Source of the DNA: an uncultured Bacilli bacterium | Lineage (GTDB): Bacteria > Bacillota_I > Bacilli_A > RF39 > UBA660 | DNA: 64,000 bases | NCBI GenBank assembly: GCA_934167665.1 | Contig: CAKPLN010000001.1 | Location: 341,331 to 405,330, forward strand | Direction of reading: 5' to 3' | In this document: positions 38,401 to 47,615 of the stretch, in pieces | How positions within the stretch are numbered: position 1 is the first letter of the stretch | Layout of the letters: each line of letters starts with the position of its first letter | Notes under the pieces: generated by a model | Database searches by the model: none | Told to the model about the DNA's origin: nothing | The model's input: only the letters and a program-made list of their open reading frames with translations | Program-made: the position numbers and the translations under genes

Positions 38401-40054
38401 TGTTACTACTCCTATAGCTACAAAAACCAATATTGAAACTGATAAACCTACTATTCCTGTGGTTGTACCAAAAGTAGCACCTACTGCAAAACCAGTATTA
38501 CAACAGCCAGTAGTAAATACAGTTAAATCAACAGTTCCTATTACTACACCTGCAGTTATTAAAACTAATGTTGATGTTAAACCTATAACTTCTGTTACTA
38601 CCCCTATAGCTGCAAAAGTTAATATCGAAACGGTTAAATCAACTACTCCTGTAGTTGAACAAAAAGTAGTACCTACTACAAATATTCCTATACCTAGTAT
38701 TGTATTGGAAACTAAACCTACTACTCCAACTACCTCAGTAGCAACTAGCACTAATAAAGGAAAAGAAGTAACACCTATAGACAAAGTAAAAACACCTATT
38801 CCTAATATCATAACAGAAGAAAAAATAAGTAATGATAAAAAAACAACTGTAATAAATTCACCAGTTAATTTAACATCGCAAGTTTTGCCTGAAGCAATCA
38901 CTAAAAAACCAACTGAAATCAAAACTGATGGTAAGAAGTTAGAATTTCCAACAACTAAAGTTCCAGAAAAGACTTTTCTAATAACTGATGCAAAAGTTAA
39001 TGTAATAAAGCCTACAGCTACACCTATGACATCTTCTCTCATAACAGAAGCAAAAACTAATAATACATTAACTCCAGCAACAAAAGAAATAAAACCACTT
39101 GTTACTGAAGCCAAAGTAGCACCTAACATTAAAACAGAGAAACAAATAAGTGACACAGATGCTTCTAAAATTAAAGCAATTTTAACCTCAACAGAGAAAA
39201 AACCATTTATAACTGAATTTAAGGCAACACCAACGACTGCATCACCATTAAAAACAATTGAAAAAAATTCTCTTATTGCCGAGGTTAAAACTACTACACC
39301 TCTAATATCTCAATCAATAAGTAAAACTCCTTTAGCTAGCCAAGCAAAAACATCGCTTGAGAAAAAACCTTTTATTACAGAAGCCAAGATTACTCCTACA
39401 AAACCAGTAAGTAGTACAATGCAACCTACAAAGGAAATACAAAAACCACTTGTTACTGAAATAAAACCAAATACAGTACCTCTTACAGAAATAAAAGTTG
39501 CTCCAAAGAGATCCTTTATTACTGAAGAAAAAGTTGTTCCTTTAAAATCTACTCCAACTATTCCAACTGTTGAGAAAAAGGAGTTAATTAAAGAAGTTAA
39601 AATGACTACTCCTATTAAACAAACAACTAATACAACGCCACTACCAAAAACGACACTTCCAGAAAAAAAGCCTCTCATAACAGAGACAAAGCCTAATGTA
39701 TTAGTAACACCAATCACAAAACCTCTTATCACTGAAGAGAAGATTAATCAGGTACCTAAAACAACTGCTCCTACACTTCCACCTATTGAGAAAAAACCAC
39801 TTGTTCCGAAAATAAAAAATAAGGAAGAAAAAATAGAAGTCAAAAAAGATAACAGTTCAATAAATATTACTGATAACAAAAACAAAGTAAATACTGCTTC
39901 TACTACACCAATTAAAACTATAACCCCAGCAGTTCAGGTACCAAAACAACAAGAAAATAAAATAGCAATCAAGAAAGAGCCAACTATTATGAAAAAAGCT
40001 GAAAAGTCTAATTCAGATACAGATAGTGACTTACCAATTTTAGGAGAAGATTAA
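35423..40054 (+). CDS. GspE/PilB/ComGA-family secretion ATPase (about 410 aa) fused to a Pro/Thr/Val/Lys-rich tandem-repeat tail of about 1130 aa
   Basis: Walker A GATGSGKST, Asp box TVEDPIE, RQDPNIILIGEIRD, His box TIHTNNA, and tetracysteine CTHC...CENC. The uninterrupted frame then runs 3.4 kb in AT-rich DNA and ends at a TAA. Confidence 0.85.
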   Translation: MVEMEVRKVTKGVESNMVAFDFERTPITQIADYIIITASRNNASDIHFDPRDESMMVRFRIDGDLQDYTNIPKLYERTLTTRLKLLAGMNITESRLPQDGAIKGEFGGQYLDMRVSCLPLNTGEKIVIRILDYTRSLKGVEHLGFNQTNLKKIKRMMGVPNGIILVTGATGSGKSTTVYSILQELNRPETNIITVEDPIEMDIEGMNQVQVNAEIGMTFAAALRSILRQDPNIILIGEIRDSETAQIAVRASITGHLVLSTIHTNNALSTIERLLDMDVERYLLSTSLTGIIAQRLAKKLCTHCRIERETTKYEKKVFKKFMNRDIEKIYDANPKGCENCRNGYKGRIAVHEVLEIDDEIRNALAINKMTKEELSKMVYGSKTITMLQDALGKAISGLTSFEEVYRVIEIETEPDDDTAYLTRAIEDVPEVIKPTSPVQTAPKATETSPLQVTPTTVSTTVPVTTPATVAPSKVSTPVNTNKAVNTQNTEIKTPILLTKEQEQQQAENAKTKLKELVEAENAKKLAEVISKPQEVQRAKLVVQDPKLNPVPVQTKTNTENETQNKEKAAEQPIPIPIPIPPQRLYQLPRSSNEQLPKQVKTTSPKIEKMEKAIPELNIKIKTNDKKATIKSLSGSPIFENSNLFEEKDKVKAIDLNKISQSIDLKKEEKVINPLKPTVKPDESNDRGNNIPVIIETFSIDDSLRSAPKLNAIKLDQIKNNETVPTTNKEKVAVKKETTNNSTEKFEIETPTTNTSKTDNKDSERKEQVGTTSIKPVASKTTTKKITKANVETVKPTTPVVEPKVVPTTKPILQQPVVNTVKSVVPIVNTLTTKANIETVKPTVPITNPTTAKVNIEAVKPIAPVTTPIATKTNIETDKPTTTEVVPKVAPTTKPVLRQPVINTVKSVVPIVNTLTTKTNIEAVKPTIPVIVPKVAPTTKPVLQQPVINTVKSVVPIVNTLTTKVNIEAVKPIAPVTTPIATKANIETVKPIAPVTTPIATKTNIETDKPTIPVVVPKVAPTAKPVLQQPVVNTVKSTVPITTPAVIKTNVDVKPITSVTTPIAAKVNIETVKSTTPVVEQKVVPTTNIPIPSIVLETKPTTPTTSVATSTNKGKEVTPIDKVKTPIPNIITEEKISNDKKTTVINSPVNLTSQVLPEAITKKPTEIKTDGKKLEFPTTKVPEKTFLITDAKVNVIKPTATPMTSSLITEAKTNNTLTPATKEIKPLVTEAKVAPNIKTEKQISDTDASKIKAILTSTEKKPFITEFKATPTTASPLKTIEKNSLIAEVKTTTPLISQSISKTPLASQAKTSLEKKPFITEAKITPTKPVSSTMQPTKEIQKPLVTEIKPNTVPLTEIKVAPKRSFITEEKVVPLKSTPTIPTVEKKELIKEVKMTTPIKQTTNTTPLPKTTLPEKKPLITETKPNVLVTPITKPLITEEKINQVPKTTAPTLPPIEKKPLVPKIKNKEEKIEVKKDNSSINITDNKNKVNTASTTPIKTITPAVQVPKQQENKIAIKKEPTIMKKAEKSNSDTDSDLPILGED
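37136..37159 (+). repeat. (CCTATT)x4 hexanucleotide microsatellite encoding PIPIPIPI
   Basis: Seen directly. The repeats are in frame. Confidence 0.9.
37780..38660 (+). repeat. Interleaved tandem repeats of 138 nt (46 aa) and 57 nt (19 aa) inside the ATPase-fusion gene
   Basis: The block CAACCAGTA(G/A)TAAATACAGTTAAATCAGTAGTGCCTATTGTTAATACT recurs at about 37863, 38115 and 38259. Each unit begins with K-x-N-I-E-x-V-K-P. Confidence 0.85.
39180..39800 (+). repeat. Second, looser repeat family (EKKP[FL]ITE[AEF]K units) in the C-terminal tail
   Basis: GAGAAAAAACC(A/T)TTTAT(A/T)AC(T/A)GAA recurs at about 39190, 39360, 39663 and 39788. Confidence 0.6.
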
Positions 40055-40087
40055 AAAAAAGAGATTGATTAAAATTCAATCTCTTTT
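40053..40087. terminator. Bidirectional rho-independent terminator
   Basis: A8-GAGATTGA-TTAAAAT-TCAATCTC-TTTT between convergent genes. Confidence 0.7.
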
Positions 40088-40116
40088 CATTTGTCAAAAA
40101 AAAGAACTATAAAATT

Positions 40117-40806
40117 TTATAGTCCTTGTAATCTGCTCAGTATTTCCTCACTTATATCATCAATAGTTCTAAGGCTACCATCCTTAATACATTCGATCTT
40201 ATCCCAATTATATAATTCAGACAACTCCATATAAGCATCCTCAGCTCTTTTCAAATGTTCTGGTGACTTCTCTAACTCATCTAAATACTCTCTATTCTTT
40301 CTAAGCTCTAAAGTGTATTCTAAAGGAACATGTAAAAATATTGTTTTATCAGGCTTTGGTAAACCTAATAACCAATATTCTAATTTATCTATCCATTGAT
40401 ACATATTAAAACGTTGATCTTTATCATGAATCTTACTACCTTGGTGAGCCAAATTAGAGGTAATATACCTATCTAAAATAATATAATATCCATCATTTAA
40501 GTATTTTTCTATAGTTGGAAAGTTATATTTTCTATCAGCAGCATAATATAGACAAACAACATAAGGATCAACATTAACTGCTCCCTCTTCAAATAAACAT
40601 TTTCCAATTTCTGGTTTTCCTAAATAAGGACCACCAACAATCTTTCCTGTCGGAGTATCATACATAGGAAAGCTAAAACGCATACATTTTTTCCCTTGTT
40701 CATTTAATTTTTTTTCTAATAAACGTGATTGTGTTTCTTTACCAGAACAATCAGTACCTTCTATAACAATTATCTTTCCTCTCATCTTATCACTCCTACA
40801 TAACAT
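40117..40806 (-). CDS. tmk: Thymidylate (dTMP) kinase
   Basis: P-loop IEGTDCSGKETQ, DRYITSNLAHQG, and a LID region. Confidence 0.75.
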   Translation of the reverse strand: MLCRSDKMRGKIIVIEGTDCSGKETQSRLLEKKLNEQGKKCMRFSFPMYDTPTGKIVGGPYLGKPEIGKCLFEEGAVNVDPYVVCLYYAADRKYNFPTIEKYLNDGYYIILDRYITSNLAHQGSKIHDKDQRFNMYQWIDKLEYWLLGLPKPDKTIFLHVPLEYTLELRKNREYLDELEKSPEHLKRAEDAYMELSELYNWDKIECIKDGSLRTIDDISEEILSRLQGL

Positions 40807-40899
40807 ATATTATACAATAAAAAGGTATTAGTAAACTCATACTATCCTTTCCTATATTAATATACCAAATATTTTATCTCAATACAATAAAAAGTGCTA

Positions 40900-41478
40900 T
40901 TAAACACTTATATCGTTACCATTAAAGGGCACCAAAAGACATTTTCTACTTGCTAGATAATCAGCCATATGGACAAAGTTTTGATACTTAGTTTTTGGTT
41001 TTTCAAGGATCTCATTACCATTATAATCAACGGTCCAGTCTCCCATATGTGTTTTTATGACATCAGCACAAAATTTTGCATCTTCTTCATTTAAACCAAT
41101 TTTACTAGCGTTTTCCAAAACATAATTTGCCATCAATATTGGATGATCAAACCTTGTATATTTCTCTTCTGGATTGCCACTTTTTAGTCCATCATGAACA
41201 AGTAATGACAATAGCATTAAGTCCCTTTCATGTTCTGTATATTTACCACCAATTGATGGATCACATAAAAGTTCATAACCAATCCTCATCGCAGCTTTAG
41301 AGTGTCTTAATAAACCGCTCTCACCCAAAGCATATTCTGGATGATATTTGCCAGTAGAAGACGCTGGTACTCTATACCAATAATCTGGTAAAATTTTCAA
41401 TAATTCTACCAACGCCTTTCTAAGTTTTTCATCTTTAATATAATTTAATTCTGTCTTAAACATCTCTTCTATATTCAT
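40900..41478 (-). CDS. HD-domain phosphohydrolase
   Basis: H...HD...D pattern (LLRHSKAA ... LLVHDGLK). Confidence 0.55.
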   Translation of the reverse strand: MNIEEMFKTELNYIKDEKLRKALVELLKILPDYWYRVPASSTGKYHPEYALGESGLLRHSKAAMRIGYELLCDPSIGGKYTEHERDLMLLSLLVHDGLKSGNPEEKYTRFDHPILMANYVLENASKIGLNEEDAKFCADVIKTHMGDWTVDYNGNEILEKPKTKYQNFVHMADYLASRKCLLVPFNGNDISV

Positions 41479-42572
41479 TTTACTTCCCTTTCCAACACAC
41501 CTACTATAATTCCATTACTTATATACCATTTATCTTCTGGAATAAAAAGATGCTCATTCTTTAAAGCTAACAAACCATTTTTTAATAATTCTTTATAATC
41601 ATAAACTTCTATTAAATTAATACCAAACCTATTTTTAAAAAGTTCTAAGTCAATACCATCAGATTTTCGTAAATTTAAAATTACCTGATATTCTATCTCA
41701 TCATGCCAACTCAAAACCTCTACATCATTACCATATTCATTTATAAAATATCTATTAATAGATCTAGTATTATTCTTACGTACATTTTCTAAATAAGAAC
41801 TAGCTCCAAGCCCAAATCCATAATAATGTTCATTATCCCAATAACAAGTATTATGTCTCGACTCATATCCTTCCTTCGCAAAATTACTAATTTCATAATG
41901 CTTATATCCCTTACTTTTAAGAACTTCACAAATCAGTTTATACATATCATTATCTAAATCTTCTGAGATATTTTTAATACCCTTAATTTTTAATTTAGTG
42001 TTATCCTCAATAATTAATGAATATGTAGAAATATGAGGAACATCAAGACTCAAAATATAGTTAATATCATTCATCAAAATATCTAAATCTTCACCAGGAA
42101 TGGCATAAATTAAATCAACATTTACATTAGTTAACCCTATCTTCTTAGAATATTCAATTATATCGGTAACGTTTTTAATAGAAATGTTTCGCTCTAAAAT
42201 AGATAAATTCCCCTCATCAATTGATTCTATACCAAATGACAATCTGTTAACACCATAGTTTTTATATAAATCGAGTTTTTCATATGTTGTACTTTCAAAA
42301 TTACCTTCAATAGTAAACTCACAATCTAAGCTCTTATTAAATATTTTTGTTATTTCAAAGAGTCTAATCAGTTGTTCTATATTCAAGCAACTAGGTGTTC
42401 CACCACCAATATAAATAGTATTCACTAACTCGCCCTTATATAAAGTTAAAATTTCTTTTTTTAAAGCCTCTAAATACCTATCAACAAAATTCTCATTATA
42501 AAACAATTTACAAAAATCGCAATAAGAACAGATTTTATCACAAAATGGAATATGTATATATACACTTATCAT
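41475..42572 (-). CDS. hemW: Radical SAM heme chaperone HemW (oxygen-independent coproporphyrinogen III oxidase-like)
   Basis: CDKICSYCDFC is the CxxxCxxC motif. The gene lies downstream of lepA, as in other Bacillota. Confidence 0.8.
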   Translation of the reverse strand: MISVYIHIPFCDKICSYCDFCKLFYNENFVDRYLEALKKEILTLYKGELVNTIYIGGGTPSCLNIEQLIRLFEITKIFNKSLDCEFTIEGNFESTTYEKLDLYKNYGVNRLSFGIESIDEGNLSILERNISIKNVTDIIEYSKKIGLTNVNVDLIYAIPGEDLDILMNDINYILSLDVPHISTYSLIIEDNTKLKIKGIKNISEDLDNDMYKLICEVLKSKGYKHYEISNFAKEGYESRHNTCYWDNEHYYGFGLGASSYLENVRKNNTRSINRYFINEYGNDVEVLSWHDEIEYQVILNLRKSDGIDLELFKNRFGINLIEVYDYKELLKNGLLALKNEHLFIPEDKWYISNGIIVGVLEREVK

Positions 42573-43144
42573 TTGTGTTTTCTAGCACCTTCATCAACAA
42601 CAAGTCTTTCGGTATCATCATCTTTTCTATCATTTCCATCATCAGCAAGTATACTAGCAGCATCTACTATAGACTCTTTAGTCACATCAGTTGCTCCTCT
42701 TCTAATACCTTCAACTGCTGCTTTTTTATTTTGACCATACTGCTTGCGAACATCACCATGTAACTCAGAACCTAAATTTTTCTCATTTAAAGCTCCATAG
42801 ATAGTTGAAGCTGAAACTTCAATACCTGTTTCATCTTTTACTTGTTTAAGTGTTAATCCTTCTTCTACTAACTTTCCTGCTAGTTCACAAGCTTTATCCG
42901 TTGATATTTTTTTATGTCCCAAATTGCCACACGTTTTTTTAGCAGCCAACCAACGAGCCTTCTTAGTTTCAAGAACCTGCTTTTGCGTCTCTGGATCCAA
43001 CCAAACACCAGCTCTACCATTTAAATATCTATTAATTGTTGTTTTAGATACAGCATATTTACCAGCTAAAAAATCCATTGTAGCTTTATCATTATTAATA
43101 TATTCAAATGCAATCGCATATAACGTTATTATGTCAAAACTCAT
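42569..43144 (-). CDS. HTH-domain protein inserted between lepA and hemW (possibly derived from a mobile element or phage)
   Basis: N-terminal HTH (AVSKTTINRYLNG), a basic/acidic tail, and visibly higher GC than the surrounding sequence. Confidence 0.35.
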   Translation of the reverse strand: MSFDIITLYAIAFEYINNDKATMDFLAGKYAVSKTTINRYLNGRAGVWLDPETQKQVLETKKARWLAAKKTCGNLGHKKISTDKACELAGKLVEEGLTLKQVKDETGIEVSASTIYGALNEKNLGSELHGDVRKQYGQNKKAAVEGIRRGATDVTKESIVDAASILADDGNDRKDDDTERLVVDEGARKHK

Positions 43145-43146
43145 AT

Positions 43147-44943
43147 TTACTCACCATCCATACTTAATACACTCATAAAAGCTTCTTGTGGAAGTTCAAC
43201 GCTTCCTATTTGTTTCATTCTTTTTTTACCTTCTTTTTGCTTTTCTAAAAGCTTTCTTTTTCTAGTAACATCTCCACCATAGCATTTAGCCAAAACATCT
43301 TTACGAAGAGCTTTAACAGTACTTCTCGCAATAACTTGATTGCCAATAGCAGCCTGAATTGGTACTTCAAATAACTGTCGAGGTATTGATTCTTTAAGCT
43401 TTTCAACCACTGCTCTACCCCTTGAATAAGCAAAATCCTTATGAACAATAACACTTAAAGCATCAACCATTTCACCATTAAGCAATATATCAAGCCTAAC
43501 TAACGAACTAGACTTATAACCAATAATCTCATAATCAAATGAAGCATATCCTTTAGTATAAGACTTTAATTTATCAAAAAAGTCATAAACTATTTCCGAT
43601 AAAGGTAATTCATAGTGAATATTAACTCTTGTAGTATCAATATATTCCATATTAATATAAATTCCTCTTTTGTCCTGACATAGCTTCATAATAGAACCTA
43701 TATATTCCTTAGGAGTAAATATATTAGTCTTAATATAAGGCTCTCTAATATCTTTTACTTTACTTTTATCAGGTAACTTACTAGGAGCATCAACCATAAC
43801 TATTTCTCCATTAGTAAGTTCTACTTCATATACAACTGAAGGAGCTGTCATAATTAGATCTATATTAAACTCTCTAGTAACTCTCTCCCTAACTATATCC
43901 ATGTGTAAAAGTCCTAAAAAGCCACATCTAAAACCAAAACCCAAAGCTCCCGAAGTTTCCGGTTCAAAAACCAAAGAAGCATCATTTAATTTTAACTTCT
44001 CTAAAGCTTCTCTTAAATCCTCAAACTTCGAAGTATCAATTGGATAAACACCACAAAATACCATTGATTTCATAGGCTTATATCCAGGTAAAGCAACCTC
44101 TGCTGGCCTACTAGCTAAAGTGATAGTATCACCAACTTTAACATCAGAAATATTCTTGATACTAGCACTTATAAATCCAACTTCACCTGCTATAAGTTCA
44201 TCTCTTTTTACTTCTTTTGGTGTAGCTGTATTAATAGATAGAACCTCATAATTTGCTCCAGTTTCCATCATCTTTATAGTATCCCCAACTCTAATCTTAC
44301 CATTAACAACTCTAATGGATACAACAATACCTTTATACGAATCAAAAATACTATCAAATATTAAAGCCTGTAGTGGAAGACTTATATCACCCTTAGGTGC
44401 TGGTACTTTTTCAATTACTGCCTCCACTAATTCTTTAATTCCAACACCAGTTTTAGCACTAGTTAATATAATTTCATTCTTATCAAAGCCAAGCATTTCA
44501 AGTTCACTACTAACTCTATCAATATCAGCCGAAGGTAAATCTATTTTATTAATAACCGGTATAATTGTTAAATTATTATCTAAAGCCAAATACAAATTTG
44601 CAAGAGTTTGAGCTTCAATTCCTTGAGCAGCATCAACTACTAATATAGCTCCTTCACAAGCTGCTAAACTTCTAGAAACTTCATAAGAAAAGTCTACATG
44701 ACCTGGTGTATCAATTAAATTTAAATCATAATCTTCACCATTATATGTATATGAAAGTTGTACAGCATTAAGCTTAATAGTAATTCCTCTTTCTCGCTCT
44801 AAATCCATAGAGTCAAGCATTTGATCTTTAAGTTCTCTTTTAGAAATAGCCCCAGTAAGCTCCAAAATTCTATCTGCTAATGTACTCTTGCCATGATCAA
44901 TATGAGCAATAATACAAAAATTTCTAATATTTTCTCGTCTCAT
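43147..44943 (-). CDS. lepA: Elongation factor 4 (LepA)
   Basis: Full-length translational GTPase: [21 protein letters not shown], and the LepA-specific C-terminal domain. Confidence 0.95.
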   Translation of the reverse strand: MRRENIRNFCIIAHIDHGKSTLADRILELTGAISKRELKDQMLDSMDLERERGITIKLNAVQLSYTYNGEDYDLNLIDTPGHVDFSYEVSRSLAACEGAILVVDAAQGIEAQTLANLYLALDNNLTIIPVINKIDLPSADIDRVSSELEMLGFDKNEIILTSAKTGVGIKELVEAVIEKVPAPKGDISLPLQALIFDSIFDSYKGIVVSIRVVNGKIRVGDTIKMMETGANYEVLSINTATPKEVKRDELIAGEVGFISASIKNISDVKVGDTITLASRPAEVALPGYKPMKSMVFCGVYPIDTSKFEDLREALEKLKLNDASLVFEPETSGALGFGFRCGFLGLLHMDIVRERVTREFNIDLIMTAPSVVYEVELTNGEIVMVDAPSKLPDKSKVKDIREPYIKTNIFTPKEYIGSIMKLCQDKRGIYINMEYIDTTRVNIHYELPLSEIVYDFFDKLKSYTKGYASFDYEIIGYKSSSLVRLDILLNGEMVDALSVIVHKDFAYSRGRAVVEKLKESIPRQLFEVPIQAAIGNQVIARSTVKALRKDVLAKCYGGDVTRKRKLLEKQKEGKKRMKQIGSVELPQEAFMSVLSMDGE

Positions 44944-45022
44944 AAAGTCCTCCTGTCTAGATAATTATATCAAAAAATACTATCAAAAAAAAGAAAATAA
45001 AACTATAAAGATTTATTTTCTC

Positions 45023-46291
45023 TTATTTACTAACAAATTTTATTACGGCCTTATTATTAAAGTCAATTTTACTTATAATCTTCTTCATATCACTAATATT
45101 TAAAGATCTAATTAAATCTAATTTTTCAGGGATCATTCTTTTATAAGAAATCATATCATCATATATATTATTCATAACAGAATCAACATAATCAGCCATT
45201 TTAACTTCATTAGCAATCCAAACCTTTTTCATTCTTACAAATGACTCCTCATCAATATCTAAGTTCATAAACTCTTGATTAATTTCTCTAATAAGTTCAT
45301 CCGGTTCATTAGTAGATGCTAATATTAAAAGTACTCTAAATCCAGGTATTGTTTCCCATTCATAAGAAAAACTATTTAATATTTTTTTATTACGAACTCT
45401 TTCTCTAAATTCTGATGAGGATCCAAAAGAAATTGCTACTAACATCTGTAAATATAAGTCAATTATTAGATCGTCAAAAGAACTAAATTCATCAGTAGAA
45501 ACTTTTAATCCCATACCAATTTTAGGTACTTCTATTGCTAAAGGAATAGTTTGTTCTTTAATATTAACTTCCTTTGGCTCAACAATTTTTCTTACAATAG
45601 GTTTTTCTTTATTAGGAATACTATCTATTGCCTCATGAACAATACTACTTGCTTTTACATAGTCAAAGTTACCAACCATAAGTAAAAACATATTATTAGG
45701 ACTATAAAAATTGTTGTAGCAAGTATATAAGTCTTCTTTAGTAATCTTCATAATTTCTGAAACAGTACCACCAATATCTACTCTACGAGGATGTATTTTA
45801 TAAACAGCTTCTCTTAATTTTGACTCACATTGCCAATCAGGCATATCTTCATACATTTTTATTTCTTCCGCAATAATGCCTTTTTCTTTTTCAACATTCT
45901 CTGAAGTATAATATGGTTCATTAACATATTTGAGTAAAAATTTTAAATTATCTTCAAAATTTTTCGTACCATAAAAGATATATTGGGTACTATCAAATGA
46001 AGTTGATGCATTAGCACCAGTACCACTTTCTGAAAAATAACTGAATGGATCAACACCATCTTCTTGCTCAAACATTTTATGTTCCAAAAAATGAGCAATT
46101 CCATCTGGCACTTTAATTTCTTTATTAGAACAGGCTGGAATAAAAGTTGTTACTTCAGATCCAAATCTAGTAGCATAACTTACAAAATAATTTTTCTTAT
46201 CTTTAAAAGGAACATATATAACTTCTAATCCGTTCTTTAAAGTTTCTGTATAATAATCTAAATCTAATCCACTAAATCTAATTTTCTCCAT
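45023..46291 (-). CDS. M16-family zinc peptidase (active; HxxEH present)
   Basis: GIAHFLEHKMF. Confidence 0.75.
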   Translation of the reverse strand: MEKIRFSGLDLDYYTETLKNGLEVIYVPFKDKKNYFVSYATRFGSEVTTFIPACSNKEIKVPDGIAHFLEHKMFEQEDGVDPFSYFSESGTGANASTSFDSTQYIFYGTKNFEDNLKFLLKYVNEPYYTSENVEKEKGIIAEEIKMYEDMPDWQCESKLREAVYKIHPRRVDIGGTVSEIMKITKEDLYTCYNNFYSPNNMFLLMVGNFDYVKASSIVHEAIDSIPNKEKPIVRKIVEPKEVNIKEQTIPLAIEVPKIGMGLKVSTDEFSSFDDLIIDLYLQMLVAISFGSSSEFRERVRNKKILNSFSYEWETIPGFRVLLILASTNEPDELIREINQEFMNLDIDEESFVRMKKVWIANEVKMADYVDSVMNNIYDDMISYKRMIPEKLDLIRSLNISDMKKIISKIDFNNKAVIKFVSK

Positions 46292-47615
46292 CTTTTACAC
46301 CCTCCAATAAGAAGATTGTATCAATGCTTACCTTCTTAGCTACTTTAACTATTTCATCTTTTTCTACTTTATTCATCTTCTTACGTTTCTCTTCAATAGT
46401 ATCAGTACCAATAAGTTCCATCATATAATAATTATTAATTATTTTAGTTTCACTTTCTAAAGTTTCCTCAAGTGCTGTATTATAGTACTCTTTAGCTGTA
46501 TTAATATCTCTAAGTGTAAAGTCCCCTTTTTTCATACTAGCTAAACATTCTTCTATTAAAGAAACACATTTAGTGTAAGCATCTTTATCTATACCAGCTC
46601 TTATTAAAATAAGATTATCTAATTTATTAGGAACAGAATTAATTGTATAACACAAAGAATTTTCTTCCCTTACTACTTTAAATAACTTAGAGTCAGAACA
46701 ACCACCAAATATAATGTTAAATAAAGTTAAAGGATAATTTCTTTCATATTCACTAAGCCCTTCTACTCTACAAGCTATCGCAAGTTTTGACTGAGAACTA
46801 TCAATCTCTTCTCTACCAAATACTTTTTTAGAACGAGCCTTCTTTTCACTTAATAAATAAGGAGTTTGTTGTCTTTTTAATGTATTAATCTTAATATTTT
46901 CTCTAATTAAACTAATAACTTCATCTTCATTAAAATTACCAATAACAAAAACATCCACTAAACTATCATTAATCATTTTTACATAATGTTCATATAAGTT
47001 TTTACCATTAATTTTATCTAAATCTTCTATATAACCCATCATTCTATAAGAACTAGGAGACTTACTATCAAATAACTCAAACATTTTAACTAAACTATAA
47101 TTAGAAGTATTTTCTTTAATAGAATTAAGTGCACTTCTACAAGCTGTTTTTACAATATCAAGTTTTTCTTCATTAAATTCTCCATCTTCAACATCAGGAT
47201 TAAAAACTATTTCATTTAAAAACTTAACAGCTTCCCTAAAATTACCAGGTTCTGTATATTTATCATTTAAAACAGTCATATAAATATCTGTATTAATATA
47301 ATTACCTAATCTTGAATTATTAGTTCTAATATCTAAAGCATACAAATCCTGTGCCTTAATAGTAAGAGATCTTTTACTATTATATTTTTTACTAGATAAT
47401 ACAAACATATCAATTAAGATGTTTCTTAAAGTTATTTCTTCTTTTTTTATTGGACTCCTAAAAGCTAATCTAACTTCTATGGTTTTGAATTTATCAGTTT
47501 TAATTAAATGTAATTTATAAGCTCCAAAGTCTTTTTTAGTGTATTCCATAGTCCACCTCATATTTCTTAGTATATTCACTATTTTAATTTTTATTAATAC
47601 TAGCTTCAATAGCAA
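46278..47615 (-). CDS. M16-family peptidase-like partner subunit (no HxxEH)
   Basis: M16 fold by length and context. It overlaps the active subunit gene. Confidence 0.6.
   Translation of the reverse strand: MLLKLVLIKIKIVNILRNMRWTMEYTKKDFGAYKLHLIKTDKFKTIEVRLAFRSPIKKEEITLRNILIDMFVLSSKKYNSKRSLTIKAQDLYALDIRTNNSRLGNYINTDIYMTVLNDKYTEPGNFREAVKFLNEIVFNPDVEDGEFNEEKLDIVKTACRSALNSIKENTSNYSLVKMFELFDSKSPSSYRMMGYIEDLDKINGKNLYEHYVKMINDSLVDVFVIGNFNEDEVISLIRENIKINTLKRQQTPYLLSEKKARSKKVFGREEIDSSQSKLAIACRVEGLSEYERNYPLTLFNIIFGGCSDSKLFKVVREENSLCYTINSVPNKLDNLILIRAGIDKDAYTKCVSLIEECLASMKKGDFTLRDINTAKEYYNTALEETLESETKIINNYYMMELIGTDTIEEKRKKMNKVEKDEIVKVAKKVSIDTIFLLEGVKDGEN

Noticed and set aside
37177-39732. Long antisense ORFs (37567-39156, 529 aa; 39310-39732, 140 aa; 37177-37380, 37910-38116) with Gly/Val/Thr-rich membrane-like translations
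   Set aside because: They are mirror images of the Pro/Thr-rich repeat codons (ACN/CCN read backwards give NGT/NGG). Repeat-rich sense DNA inevitably stays open on the antisense strand. There are no independent start or ribosome-binding site signals.
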